From: Podarcis melisellensis
Lineage: Eukaryota
Length of the DNA stretch: 64,000 nucleotides
Reading direction: 5' to 3' (one strand)
Assembly (NCBI GenBank): GCA_964234715.1
Contig: OZ174283.1
Shown here: positions 34,796-48,945 of the stretch, one piece after another
How the letters are laid out: each line of letters begins with the position of its first letter
Position numbering within the stretch: position 1 is the stretch's first letter
Made by a program: the position numbers and the translations under genes
Notes under the pieces: generated by a model
Seen by the model: only the letters and a program-made list of their open reading frames with translations
Database searches by the model: none
What the model was told of the DNA's origin: nothing

Positions 34796-37700
34796 TTTAT
34801 ACTTTTTTTCTAAGCATTAAATTATGGCAACAAGAGTAGCAAGAACCACCACGGTCTTTCTGATACGCATTCCACGCAGATCTAGATTTGAAAAATAAGA
34901 AAATCAGATCAGCAAGTTAAAAACACCAGCTGACAGGAAGGTAGGAAATTTATTTCAGAAACAGCTGTTCAGACTCAAGTCTACTGGACAGACAATGCCA
35001 CTTTGAATTCATAATGTGTTTTGAAAATTAATATTGCTTCTGATTGCCAGAATCCAGAGTGGAATACAAAGGTGGCATCAACACATCATCCCAACCTTTT
35101 GTAGGTTGTTCATGTGCACTTGTCTTAAGCACAAAATGTGCATGTAAATTAAAAGTCCTTTGCTATTTCCCACTGGAATTTAAAACATCTTCAGCTTTGA
35201 TGGATATTCAAGAAGGCAGATATTCCAAAATACTTGGACAGGAAACAAAAACCCCTTCAGCTTCCTCTCACTTCACTACCATTTAGTTTAGAAATGGAAA
35301 GAAGGCTTGATACACATTTTAACAACAAACTCTTAAGCCTCTGAGGAAGTCTCCATACCTGACAGTTTACAGCTAAGCAGCACAGGGTTTCAGCTTACTC
35401 TATCTCTACACAAAGTACAGTCTCTGCAAGGGCTGCCACCACTGGTTCTAGCCAAGAAAACAAGGAAGTAAGCATCAGTATGATGTGTGAAAAGACTACA
35501 GTTTGGCATGTTCCAAGAAGCAGAAAACATGCAGGGAAGTATAAGCTCAAACTCATTGTCTCCTTATCCTCATTACAACATAACAATGATGCTACATTGT
35601 ACTTTACCAACATAAATAGCTAATTATGTTCTCTCTCTTTTTGTCTTGCTAATTTCTTTTCTTCACTAAGTTTATCTTAGGGTGTTAGTTTACTACTGTG
35701 GTGCAGTCACTTATAGAAAGAAGGCCTTTTTAGTAGAGGCATCCTGGTTATGGGAAAAAAATTGCAGAGGCTAGATTTGCATGGCTAGATTTAAACTGTA
35801 TAATTATTATTACTATTACTATAATGTATATATTAGAGTTGGCATTAAAGAGTATCGGTTAAAAAGAAATTACTACTATCACAGTCTTTCCTTCTTTTTT
35901 CTCAAACTATGTTTTCATTCATGTTTAGCAATCATTTCCTCTTTAATCCTTTATATGAAAACTAGCAAAGGACCTTGATCTTAATTGTGATGTCTTTAGG
36001 CAAAGTATTTTACATCTGGCACCTTGCCCCCAGAAGCATTCAAAAGAATCAAACACACACATACATACATCTATGCAGGTTCATAATCTCCATGAAAAAC
36101 AGTTGCCTTGGGGGAAGCCAAGAGGAATAAACCAGCATCTAAGACAATCTAGAGGTTTCAGGACCTTGGAGAAAAATCAAGACTTTGATCTGAAACCAAA
36201 GGCAACCAATTCAACTCAGAAGAAATGTCACTGCCAGAGAGCCATACTGCACTACTGCTTCTGAATTGCTAAAATAATAATAATAATACACCTCAAAAAC
36301 TAAATGGCAAGCAAGTTAAAAAGAGCGAGCCTATAGGTTTACAGTCTAAACAGGCAATAGGAAACAGGGGAAGAAAAGCAAAAAGGAAAGAACAGATGCA
36401 GAGAGGAGAGGCTCAAAATTCAGGACTTTGTAAAATAGTTGTAAAATAGAAGCAGCAACTAAAGATTTAGACCAGAGGAAAGGTGCTGGCAGAGCCACAA
36501 AGCAAACAGAGAGAAGTAAAAACAGATAAGAAAGAATTAAAGCCAACCATTGATTTAGTAAAATGTCAGTTTTAATTACAACCTGAGCTCTAAATGCAAT
36601 ATACAAGCTTCTGAACTGCACATAATTCCCCATTAGGAGGCATGACTGAGAAAAAATAAGAAGGCATTTCTGATTGAAGACATGTCACATACGATTAAGC
36701 CTAGTTTATCCTTCCCCTCAAGTTCTTTGTCTGCTTGGAGAGGAGCTTTCCAGCCTTTATTATTTCAATCTTGCTGAGTCAATTGTGATCTATATCAGTA
36801 TCAGTTTTGTACCACCCTGTGTTAGACACCAAGTCAAGTCTTAGATGAATATGTAGCTCACCCACCATAGATGTGAAGGAAGACCCCAGCTGAGTAGATT
36901 TCCTTTCCTACTCTATGGCAGCCTTCCAGTTCTTTAGGAGCCTCTGTGGAGGCTGGTGGAGTCAGACACCTTCATATTTAGACCAGAGAAGGTGTGGCAC
37001 AACAGTGAATTCTTGCTCTGTGGAGATATCTGTATATATAATGCACATTGCTCCCCAAAAGAAGATACCTTCCCTTTTCTAGAAGTAGTAGAAAAGCTGT
37101 TTCAACTAAAGTGACATGCTCACAGCAGCAGTTTGCCACGAAATGATTCTCTAGCACTGCAGCATTTGTCCTTGACTCAGCACCAGTTTGATGTCACACT
37201 TCTTGTTTTTCCCTGGAGTGCTTGAAAAGCAACAAGGTGGACAGTTCTGGAATAAAGTTTATTACTGTCTGCTTGGCCAGAAATATCTAGTAGGGTGCCT
37301 TTTTAGAAGACAGCAAGCTCCCTTACTCAATGTAAGGGAATATGGGGCAGCCACTTCTGCTGTCAGCATGGGAGCAAAGTAGAGAGGAACAGCAGCAAAA
37401 TACAAGTGGAGTGCTTTTCCACTGATGTGAACATGGGGAAATAGACTGCCGCTGTTCAAAATGGTAGATTTGAGCACTCTTCTCTCTACAGGGGAAGGGA
37501 AAGGGGAGAGGTCTCTGCAGTAGCAATTATGGACTTCTAGACCTCCTACTTCAGCTCCACTGGATTACCTAGGTCAGATGCATTAAGCATTTTTATTCCC
37601 CTCTGCAGTCCTTTGGTTTTCTTTTTATTTCCTGAATTAGCTGACAGGTCCATTTTCCATTCCCTGGCAGAGGCTGTTTCCAAGCAACTGATGGGAGGAA

Positions 37701-40700
37701 AATGGGGAGGAGAGATGTAGAGCCTGTAGTTATTGACATCTACCTCCTCTTTGAGCACAGAATTTACCCAAACGGCTACACCTGTAGCAGACAGGTACCA
37801 CTGAAGGGGCAAGGGTAAGCCTAATTCATATAAAAGCTTTCTTACAACTTTGAGGGTTAAAAATAAATTTTTAAAAATCAGTCAAGCGGTATATAAATTT
37901 TATGAAATAAAATTAATTTACTAAGCAGAACCAAATCAACCTGCCACCAGTCTTAGACAAAATGGTTAATTGCATTTAATCTTAATTTTCACCTACTCCC
38001 TCTCACCATTTGAGATCAGCTACCAGAAGGATCTGTTCTCTAAAATCAAGGACATCTCCAAAAAGCAAAGAGGATATAGAATTTAGAAGCTTCTTTTTCC
38101 AGGAAAAAGGCAAGTACTGTATATTCATTTAAACAAAGCAGCCACTGGGTTTATTCTACAGCACTTGTGGCTGAAGCTCTCCTGTCCTACTTTAGTTAAG
38201 AGCACCTGCTTCATCTTCAGTGCCTTGACTTCATTATATGTTTGTATGCTTCAAATAAGCATCCTAAATGTAGTCACTATGGTAGAAACTTAACACTCTA
38301 TCCTACTGGCTATTAGAAGTTGCAGCCGCAGTGCTGCATTCACACTCCACACAGAGAGACATTCTGACAGCTCTCAGAATATGACTCAAGTGGACGCCCC
38401 CGGAAATAAGGGCCATGAATAGCACCATGGGTACAACAGTTCAAACTCAGCTTGCTGAAACAACTATTACAACCTTCTCCAAAAGTTGTATCCCTCAGAT
38501 GTTTTAGACTCCAGCTCCCATCAGCCCCAGCCAGCACAGCTAGTGGTCTGGGATGATGGGAGTTGTAGTCCCAAATAGCCAGAGAGCACAAAGTTGGGGG
38601 GACATTATTGGGTCACATATTCCACAATTGGCAGGAAACAAAAGTTGCATCAGCTGTATACAGGAGTTCATAGTATCCTGTTGTGGAGTATCATAGTTTT
38701 TATAATGCTAGTACATAGCAGTAGTCATCAAAATATTCATTGACTTGACAGTAGGGTTCTGTTGCCATTTCTCAAGTGCCATGTAAAGAAAGATGTCACT
38801 CAAATTCTTTATAATATAGTTTTTACAAGTGCTTGCAAAAATCAGTGTGATTACTAGGCTTGATTGTGTTTCATGCTGTTTATTCTCATCCAGAGGAGAG
38901 GACTGAATTTCAGCAAGCCTCTCTACTGCACAATTTAGAATTTCTAAGTTCCATTAGTCTCTCTCAATGGTTTTTAACCATTATATTAACTCGCTCCCCC
39001 TGCCCTGAAATACAGGACCAGAGTGGCAAGCACAAACCAGAACTCTGGAGGTAGAATGATGAGCAAGTGGTAGTCCTATGTGAATGCTCAACATTCATCC
39101 TCTCACAATCTGAAGGGTGTGGAGTGGAGCTTTGTTTTAGTAATCTGATCCATTTTCATGGGTGTTTTATATTGCTTTGGGGGCTCTTTTAGAAAGGCAG
39201 TTAATATAAATTTAAACCTTATCATTATTTGGAAGCCTGATCTTGCAGGGTTCTGCACATCATTCACCCTGCATGTGTCGAGCATACATGCACACCCCTT
39301 CACATCTTTACCCTGTGGAAATCTGTGGGGTACGGCAATGGAGACATGACAGAGGGGAATGGAAAAGGGAGAATGACCCTGTTCTCTCCCCTCAGGTGAC
39401 TGGAATCACATGATGGGTGAATGCCTGCCTAGGGCTTCTATGGCAATATGAACTTCTATATTGGTAAGCAACTGAGAAGGCAAATGGGTAGGAGCATATA
39501 TTCTAAACGACATGCCCTAAGTGGGTAATAAGCTACATGCAACTTAAAAATGTTATGAACTTTCGGGGGGGGGGATGCATTGTGATGTATAATACTTTCA
39601 TAAGTACCCAATGCACTGTGTACATTTATCATCTCTTCTTAAAAATGGAATTTATAAACTATATTAGATATGGAGTGGACAATGACTGGGAGGGGTCCAT
39701 ACATACCCACCTCTTTTAGCCAGTGAATTCTGAAACAAAGAGATGCAAATCAATATGGAATGTAAATGCCAAGATTGCATTATATTGAAAGTCGTTTGAT
39801 CCAAACCTTCCCTTAGGGGGTGTGGGGGGAAAAAACCTGTTAGAAAAACTAATAATAAAAGAACACTGTCCTCCTGAATAATGCATTTTCAATACATAGA
39901 CATTTTAAAGACTATTGTGAAGGTTGAAAAGCAGGACCTGCATGAAAGAAGAAGCCCTATTTATAGTTTTATGAGTGCAAATGTATTCAAGTTTGCTTCT
40001 TTGGTCATAAGTTATGAAATAAGTTATGCAGCTGGAGAGAACTTCAAGACGAATATTTGGGGGGAGGGGAAACCCTGCCTGAATAAGCAGAGGATGTCAT
40101 ACAAAAATGCACACTTACAGCAGACCACCAGCTAAATAGGAGAACTCCATCTAAGCTCTACACAGTTTAAAAGTGTATGAAAGTGTCTGTAGTCACGATT
40201 AACAGTCGCAGTGCAGCTCCTTCTCTTCTGAAAGAAGATTCCCTCGTGATAAAAATGAAAAAGGTGACTTTAAGCCTAGGCCTCCCAAGAAATTGAAGAA
40301 GCAGACAAAAAAGTGGCCTCGGCAAATGACTGACTGAACCAGCCAGCTGCTTACAGTACTCATTGCATTAAAAAGAGAAAGGGGTTACCTGCCCTCCTGG
40401 TTACTCAGAAGTTATGGAAAGAAAGAACAGAAATTGCTCTTCAGCTGCTGAAACAAAGGAAAGGGCTGCTACATTATGTAGAGGAAGAAGCAAATGTTGC
40501 TGCTGAGAAACCTGCTATAGTCTGTCTTGCAACAGTACTAAAGCCCAGCAGATGACCAATTGAAATATTTAGCACAGCAAAATCATTCATATCAATAACA
40601 TATTGCCTTTAAAAAATAAAAGATGATACAAAATGCTGGCTTTTACTGAACAACTGCAGACCACGTCCATGGACAGCCCGGAAACTTTTTTCAACAACAG

Positions 40701-43700
40701 AAGGAAATTTGTTTTAGCATTATTGCTTGAATATTTTAGAAATACTTCAAGCTGACTTTGAGCCACAACTGAGATACACACATTACTTAAAATTACAGAA
40801 AGAATCCTAAAATTTATGAAACCCTAGAAATTCTAGTACAAATCTTAGTCTCAACATAAAGCCACTTGAATACTTGTGTTTCAAAATGTACAGTCGAACA
40901 ACGCTCTTCATATTACTGAGTTACACTACAGTAAACTTAAAGTGAAATTCCATTTTATTTTTACCTGCAGAATGTTGTTCTGATTAACTGAATAAGACAG
41001 TAGAGAGAGAGAAACCAGAACATGGCTTCAGGCAAGATGCCCAAGTATGTCACTCTAACATAATGTGCCAAAATTGATTATGTTGAAGGTAATTTCATCA
41101 TATTTAAAAATGAGCAAGCGTAATTTTTTTTCCCTTTTCAAAACAGTACAATAATCTGTTCTTTTGTTTCTATAAACCTTAATAAATATTCATGAGTAGC
41201 TTCATGACACCTCATTAGTGAGCTGTTAAGCAAGTTGAACCAATGCTGAATTAAACATTTATAATGAATTACTGTAGCTTCCTAATGCAATGTGATTTTT
41301 TTTTTGTAAATACAAAAACACATTTGTTTTAATAATTGCAATTTGAAAGACATAACTGCTTCCATTTGTGCTTGCAGAAATTAAAAATGTAAGATTTTTC
41401 CTTTGAGGAAGTTCGTTTTTTCTTCAAAACCAACACCACACCTATGAATCGGGACCAGAGTGTTCATTTACAGGGAATCTTAGGATCCAACACTACCAGA
41501 CTGCCAAGGATCACAACTACAGAACTAGTTGCATTATTAAATACAATGTTTCACATGTTTGGCAAACCTTTTGGCTTGTTAGCTTTATTGTGGCATCAAC
41601 TACATCAACCTTAGCAAAAGCTATCTAATCTTCCAAGGTGACCCCCATTTTTTAACATTATTACATTCTCTAGCAACAAAAGGGCACCATATTTTTCATC
41701 ACTAATAAAACACTGTGGCTTCTAAAATTCATTTTAAAGTTGCTGGGCATAGGTCCGTCCCCCCCAAAAAAACAAAATGCCTGAAAAACTAAATACTCAG
41801 TTTTCAGATTTTGAGACATCACAGGCATGATTGCATTGCTAGATATTTAATGAAAGATCACAAAGATAAAAGTCACCTTAATTTTTTTAAAAAATAGTAG
41901 TGTTTGTTAATTTAGGAAAATTAAATGCATGAGCCATTGCAGCAACAATTTTGTGCAAAAGAATATCCGTTAGGCGACTCATTAGTCATGTCACCAAGCC
42001 TGATGTTCTGGGCAGGAGATTCATTTTCTGGGTCTGCAACTGCCAAACTCTGTCTAGGGCATGGCACTGTGTTCGCCTCAGTCTCCCAAACTGAACCCAT
42101 TCTACACTCAGTGAAAAACGTAGCAGACAAAAGCAAGGAAAGAGAAATGAAAGTAGGAAAAAGCTGCCCTCCTTTACTCTTTTTCTCCCTTCCCGTTTGG
42201 GGATTGGTGGAGTAGAAGTCAGGGAGCCCAACAATAGGTGGTACCAGAGCCAGTGACAGGCAGAGGTAACCAATTTCAGTTTTGTCCTCATCCCTTTCTG
42301 AGTTGTACAAAACCTGGCAGAAGAAGGGCCACCTGGTTGGAAGAAAGAAGACATGCAGGAGCCATGAGAGGGCAAGCTGAGGCAACTGGAGAAGCAGTGC
42401 CCCAGTCAATCCTGTGGAGCAGTCTCCACTGGAAGATAGTATACAGCCATCACAAAACTGTCCATTATAATCATTATTGAACTGCACCAAAATATTGTGA
42501 GATCCTGCACCACGAAGGTCGCTTCCTCCCCTTCCTCTGGCTCCCACCTGTTTCCACGTTCTATCTCTGCAATCAATGCATGCAAAATAAAATGCCTTAA
42601 GCAGTGCCATTGCACAAACTGATCATTGTGATCACGGCTCTCATTTACACCAAGACATCTTTCGATATTAGCCTATAGGTTATCAGTGGATTTACTACCA
42701 AACTGACATACACACCCTACATTGTAGGACCGTCAGGCATACCTGAGCCTTTGGGGAAAAACAAACACACTGCACCAGCGTTTTTGTTTTCAAAAGTTTG
42801 CTTGCCCTGCTTGAAACCCTTGTATATTTGCAGTTACATAAGGTTCTCAGCATTGCACACTGCCATCTGCTGCACAGTTTTATTACAAGCTTTGCCAAAA
42901 AAATACCAATCCACCTTATAACATACGTAACAGAGACGTTGACACTTGGTTTCAACTATTCTTTCTGCTACAACTTGGAGAGAACAATGAATTAAATGCA
43001 AGATAATGCAATATTAATTGTGAGGCGATGCAAATTCGATAATGGGAATTTATTAAGGAAAAATTATTTAGGCAATTCTATTGATTGTTATATTTACTGA
43101 TGTCATATAAAACTCTTATCACATTAAGAAATATTTTAAATAAATAATATGAAGTCATAATCCATTTTTTATTTCATTCAGACTAAATATTCATAAAGGA
43201 AATTGCCGGTTACTAAAATCAGCACCGAGTTTAGGCTGGCTTGGGTGCTTCCTGCACAAGGCAACTAGCTGGGGGCATGCAAAATTGAGCAGATTTATAA
43301 GTGAGTAGATTCATAACTGAAATTTGGGGATGCCCACTTTTGGCCTCATACAGGGTGCCAAATCTTACGAAGGATTTCCAAAGTCCACCTCTGCTAAAAT
43401 GCCCATGATATATGCAGTCCAGCAAGTATGAAGCCCACTCTATACGACATGCTTTCTTTCTTTAAAGTATCTGTTGACAGATTGCATCTAACACAACATC
43501 AGATACATAGTTTGTAAATTGTTTTCATTTGAAACTCTGTTGTCTGGTTTTAAGCAGTCTTTCTTGCAACCTTAGTATCCTGTTATATCAAATTAAAGGG
43601 AGCAGGAGGAGATCAACACAACTTTCAGAAGGCAGGGAGAGATTTTACAAGACCCCTACACGATTTCACCCTTAACTAAGATGGTATTACTAATACTACA

Positions 43701-45629
43701 GCATTAACTAATACTCTGGGCACTTACTGAAGCCCCAGAATACCTAAAGGCCACATCCCATATTTCTTTTCTTTAAACACAGCACAGCATCTTTCCTGAA
43801 GTTGTTCTTGCAAGACAAAACAAATATTATTATTATTTTTACAGGATGTATTTGCCTTGTTTCTTAATACTTTTGAATACCATTTCAGTGAATCTGCAGT
43901 GAATGACTGACACTGGATATTGCCCAAAGTATTAATAAGTATTACTCAAAAGTATTAAGGAGCAAAATGGAGAACTGTTGGTTTGTTGCAAAAGTAATTT
44001 TATTAAGTTATGTACAGTATTTGGGTTTCTACTCACTCATTCCTTATGGTTCAAAGGATTATGCAAAAAAAAATTAAGGTGCAAAATAAGCAAGGAATTT
44101 AAAATAACTAAATAAACCTAATAATTATTTTTTTTAATCCCTGGAAGCACAAACATAGAACACCAAACGGCTGGAAGCCTGTCTAAACAAGTATGTCCTG
44201 CACTGTTACTTGAAAAGGGAATTCTGGATCCACTAGGTGGTCACAGAGAATCTTTTTCTTACCAGTCTTGGCATTTCACTAGAAGGTTTTTACTAGGTTA
44301 ACCCGTCAGGTGTGTTTTTTCCCCAACCGTGGCAGGAAAATAGTTTGAATCTGTCGCTTCACAGTTTACAGCTCTGTGTTTTAGCCACTACACTGCATTT
44401 CATGACATTTTCCTCCCAAGTGTCTGTGACAGGTTTCAGAAAACTAGATTGAGTGGCAAGCCAAACTGAAGTAGAGCACATGAGCAATTCAAGGGGTCAA
44501 ATCCATTTCTCCCTTTAATCCCTCCTTCACCTCCTTCCCTCTATAGCATCTTCATAGCTGGCTGAACCTGAGTGCCCCCAAAAGACTTGCCACCTATACT
44601 GTAAGAGAATCTGCAAGAAAAGCATCGGTGGTGTAGAGGTTGCACATTTGAAACAGTTTCTTTCTCTTTCTCTTGGGGGCAGGGGAAAAAACCTCATGTG
44701 AGAAGTTGGGTGAGACTGCCATCTGGACAATTGGTGTTCACTTGAGCCACTGAACACCAGTTTCTTTGCTACAAAAAATATACTTAGAATCACCTGCTTA
44801 GAGGCTGCAATCAAGGAATACAACAAAATGCTCTCATTAGCACTTTGCCTCTTCAAAGAGAAAACAGATCCCAGAATCTGAAATGGAAGCCTCTGCATTA
44901 AAAAGGAAAAAAGAATATTTGCATTGCAATAAATGCAAATATAAAGCACTTTCTTTGCTGGGATTACTCCTACCACTGTGTCAGTCAAAGAATACAGTGG
45001 CACTGAACATCACATGGGTTCTCTTTTGCAAAAGAGATACTGATTTCATTACCATGCATAATGGAAAAGTGACTGGACATTGGTTAGTGCACACAACCGT
45101 GTCTACATTCTGGCAATATGGATGGTGAAGAGGATACAACTCAGAGTCTGTATTGCCTCCTCTAGTGGCAAGGCAGCTGAGCTCTTTCAAATAGTCTGGA
45201 GGTTGCTGACATATATTGTAGAGGAAGACCAAAGCCTTTGAGGGGCCATTGTGACCAACTGGCTGCACATTCTGATCTTGACTCTGCAGTTGTGGCACAT
45301 CCAATCAAATCATACATGTGTAGCTGGTGAAGTGTTGTGCAATAGCTTGACTTCAGTGGTCTAGGCACAGGTAACTTCAAGATTGGATTAGTGCAATATA
45401 CTCTAAATGAGGTAGCTTCCCTTCAGCTTCATCTGGAAATTGGAATTTCTGTTGATATGCTACATCCCTGCACTGGTTGCCAGCTTGTTACTCGGCCCAA
45501 TTCAAGGTGTTACTATTAGATGATAAAGCCCACTCTACTGCTTCCATCTACAGAACTGACACTTTTATAAGTGCTACATGTGTTTGCTCCACACTCACAA
45601 GGAACTGATCCTTCAGTGTATCAACACCT

Positions 45630-45747
45630 AAAGGTAAAGGATCCTTGACCATTAGGTCCAGTTGTGATCGACTCTGGGGTTGCAGCGCTCATCTCGCTTT
45701 ATTGGCCGAGGGAGCCGGTGTACAGCTTCAGGGTCATGTGGCCAGCA
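45630..45747 (-). mobile_element. Sauria SINE, 5'-truncated
   Basis: Matches the 3' ~120 nt of the two full-length copies. Confidence 0.85.
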
Positions 45748-47393
45748 ACACCTACTAGCCCATTAATTTTAGGCAAGCACCTTCTCTGTATAGCTCGCCC
45801 ACCACTTATGCAAGGGTTCGGTTCCAAGGGTCCATGCACAAAGGCAAAATCACGCAAAGTCAGGAACCTCCAGAACCATCATCCCCCCAAGGAGGCAGAG
45901 GGCTTCTTATTGGGCTCTGGGAAGGTTACAGAGGCCAGTAAGCAAGGAAAACCCACTGGGTGCATGACTCGTGGTCTTTCCCTGCTCTCCATTTATTCAT
46001 TCCCTCACCCACCCACATAATGTTGCAATTGCAAATGTAGAACAAGTGCAAGTTGCAATGCCACTGTATTATTTTTGGCATCTGCTAAAAAGTTTTAGTT
46101 AAGCCTATCCATATGGGTAATTTTAACAAATATGCTTGTGATTTCTAGATGTTTTTAAATGTTTGATTTTATATGTATTTTAAAAAATATTTTACATTGT
46201 TTTATGTACCTCATTTGATGGTTTTTATTGATTAAGTTGTGCATAAATTTGTTAATTAAATAACTGGGGGGGCAGAAGGAGGGAGGGAAGGATGGAGGAA
46301 GAAGAGGCAGGAGCAGCTGCTGAAGCTGCCTGGCAGAAACAACATCTGGATTTTCCATAATACCTACATAAGCAAATGATGGCGTTTCAAAAGAAAATGT
46401 CCATTGTGGAAGCACCTTCACTTGGTGTTCCGGCAAATGCCAAGAGAAATCAATTAACTTTAGTTTCTCATTTCACATACACACCCTGTACATATGCAAA
46501 TATAATGCTAGGTCTCAAAGCACATGTAACTTACATCACCATAAATTTATATCATTGCAAAACAACAATGTGTTAATTGCTATAGCGACCCATTATTATG
46601 CACCCTTGCTCAGGAAATGTATAGATTACAAAAGAATCCTGTGAGATAAGTTAGGCTGAGGATCTATGACTGGCCCAAAGTAACCCTGGCTTAGCAATCT
46701 TTCAGGTCCTGGTCCAACATTCTAACTACTACATCACCCCTTCAACTTTACCATTCCGTTCTAGAAACTCGCCAAAACCAAAAATTGTACATTGTTTGGA
46801 AACTGTATGTGACACCCTCACTCAAACTATCTGTTTGTTGGCCAGGGAACTGAAGGCATGGGGAATAATAATTAGCAAACCCAAGCCCCTGGAATGAAAA
46901 CAGCTATGTTCAATAAATAGGAAAACAGGATTCATTCTCACGGTGAGATTTCCACCAGTAGGCATCTAGGGTTGCTTTTGAGTTTGAAATGCTTTGTGAG
47001 GGTAAAATGGGCTAAGTGGTCTGGTGTCACAGATGAAATGAAGTGATGTGGAAAGTGCTTCTTTGCTTTAAATTTCACCCTCCCAAGACCGCTTTGCAAC
47101 AGAAACTGTGCACGGGTTATGGGCTAAGATTTTTGAGCTAAATTTTTCTTTAATTTGATATTCTATGTGAATTCCTGAGAGAGTCTTTTTTTTTTTACAG
47201 GGGAAGAGGCACTGGCCTACAAATGCACTGAAATATAAATAATTAGGCAGCCTATTCCTATTTAAAGTCAGTACGTTCATCACCTCCACGCTGCCAAGAT
47301 ACACCTTTGCTTGAAGTCTTAAAAAAAAAAAATCTATGAAATAAGTGAGTTACTTTCAAAACTAGCTTTGAAATTTTTCACTACTGGTAGAAC

Positions 47394-47519
47394 TAGGGCT
47401 TTTTTTCAGCCGGAACTCAGTTCTGGTACCTCTCAGGTGGTTGTCATTGCCATTCCAAGAGAAGAAGGGAGGTGTTCATGGTGAGTTCTGGCACCTCATT
47501 TTCTAGAAAAATAGCACTG
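47394..47519. mobile_element. hAT MITE, same family as the outer element at 12586-13316
   Basis: Direct similarity to that family. Degenerate TSD ggtagaac/ggtacaat. Confidence 0.8.
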
Positions 47520-48585
47520 GGTACAATCACCAACTGCAATGCTGGTAGGAAACACGAGCTACATGCATCACATCCCAAGTCACTGTCCACAGTACCAGTC
47601 TTGCCCCCAATGCAACAGAGATACCCCCCATCTTCCAGACTTTAACACATCCTGGCAGCTACTGATGTAAACAACAAATAGGCATAGGAAAACTCACAGG
47701 AGGATCCTTGTAGAAATGGAGTAAGGGTCAAGTGCTTCCTAAGGCAATGCAGCACTAGGACAAGAGGGCATATTTTGCTGGTCCCAAGCACTCTGCCTTC
47801 CCCACCTGGATTTGAACCTGAAAGACAGGGGGAAAGTGCAGGTGCATGGAGGCCAAGTTGTAATCAAACAAAATTTGTTGATCACAAGGCACATCTGTTA
47901 TGACATTAGCCTAAGCTTCCATTTTTCTGGGTTTGTGGAGCAAAAGCCAACATGAGACAGGTTAAACTGACTATATGCATTTCTGAATATGACAAAAAGC
48001 TGGAGTATCTGAATATTTACAGCACTAATGTAATAGAAGTTTTATATTTAAAGAAAATTCCACTTAAGCAAAACACAGAATTATCTGCATGTTATGTTTG
48101 CTTCACTGGAGGAAAAGAGGCTCTGCATGTAAATTTGGTTTCTCCAGATCTTTGGGGCTTTTAATGCTAATCACAATTGAAATCAGAGGAAAAAACCAGC
48201 CTGGGGATAAAGGGAGAAACCCTGACTTCACACACTGCAGGACAAAGCTGTGGGGCCACAAACAAAACCCAGGGTGGTGCCCCAATTTAAATTAAGCCCC
48301 AAAGCACCTTTTCTCTTGCTTTATGTCAAAAGGATAATTTAATAAGCTCTTAACAGTCCAAGGAAATGACACCCTAGAAAAAAAATCTCATGAACATGGC
48401 ATTCCACAATCCATTGAACTCTGACATTTTTTTCACAAACACAGCATAAACATGTTTGTATGATAAATGGCTAATGGGACAGAGAAATTGCTTTATACCT
48501 TTAAGTAATAACATCCGCACACATGGTATAACTAGCATGTGAAAGGTTGAGGTTGCAACCTCAGCACACTTGCTAGGAATTAAGC

Positions 48586-48721
48586 CAGGTATAAGCAAAC
48601 TCAGTCCTCCAGATGTTTTGGGACTACAACTCCCATCATCCCTAGCTAACAGGACCAGTGGTCAGGGATGATGGGAATTGTAGTCCCAAAACATCTGGAG
48701 GACCAAGTTCGCCTATGCCTG
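48586..48721. mobile_element. Palindromic hAT MITE, same family as 16044-16177
   Basis: Near-identical body and TSD aattaagc/cattaagc. Degenerate relatives at about 4845-4935, 25255-25340, 29675-29795 and 38470-38600. Confidence 0.85.
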
Positions 48722-48732
48722 CATTAAGCTGT

Positions 48733-48945
48733 ACAGTTATACCTTGGAAGTCAAATGGAATCACGAATCCATTCTAGAAGACTTCCAAAACATTCAAAAA
48801 CCAAATCGCAGCTTCTGATTGGCTGCAGGAAGTTCCTGCAGCCAATCAGAAGCCCCATCAGACGTTTTGGTACCAAAAGAATGTTCGCAAAACAGAACAA
48901 TCACTTCCATTCGGGAGCCAAAACGACTGACTTCCAGGGCGTTCA
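48733..48945. mobile_element. Degenerate Tigger-like MITE with internal palindrome
   Basis: Starts ta-cagttataccttg. Internal hairpin gcttctgattggctgcaggaa-g-ttcctgcagccaatcagaagc. Confidence 0.6.

Noticed and set aside
41921-42610. Longest ORF in the window (229 aa, minus strand)
   Set aside because: No recognisable domain, composition typical of non-coding DNA, intronic position and no convincing exon boundaries. A BLASTP hit or codon conservation would reverse this.
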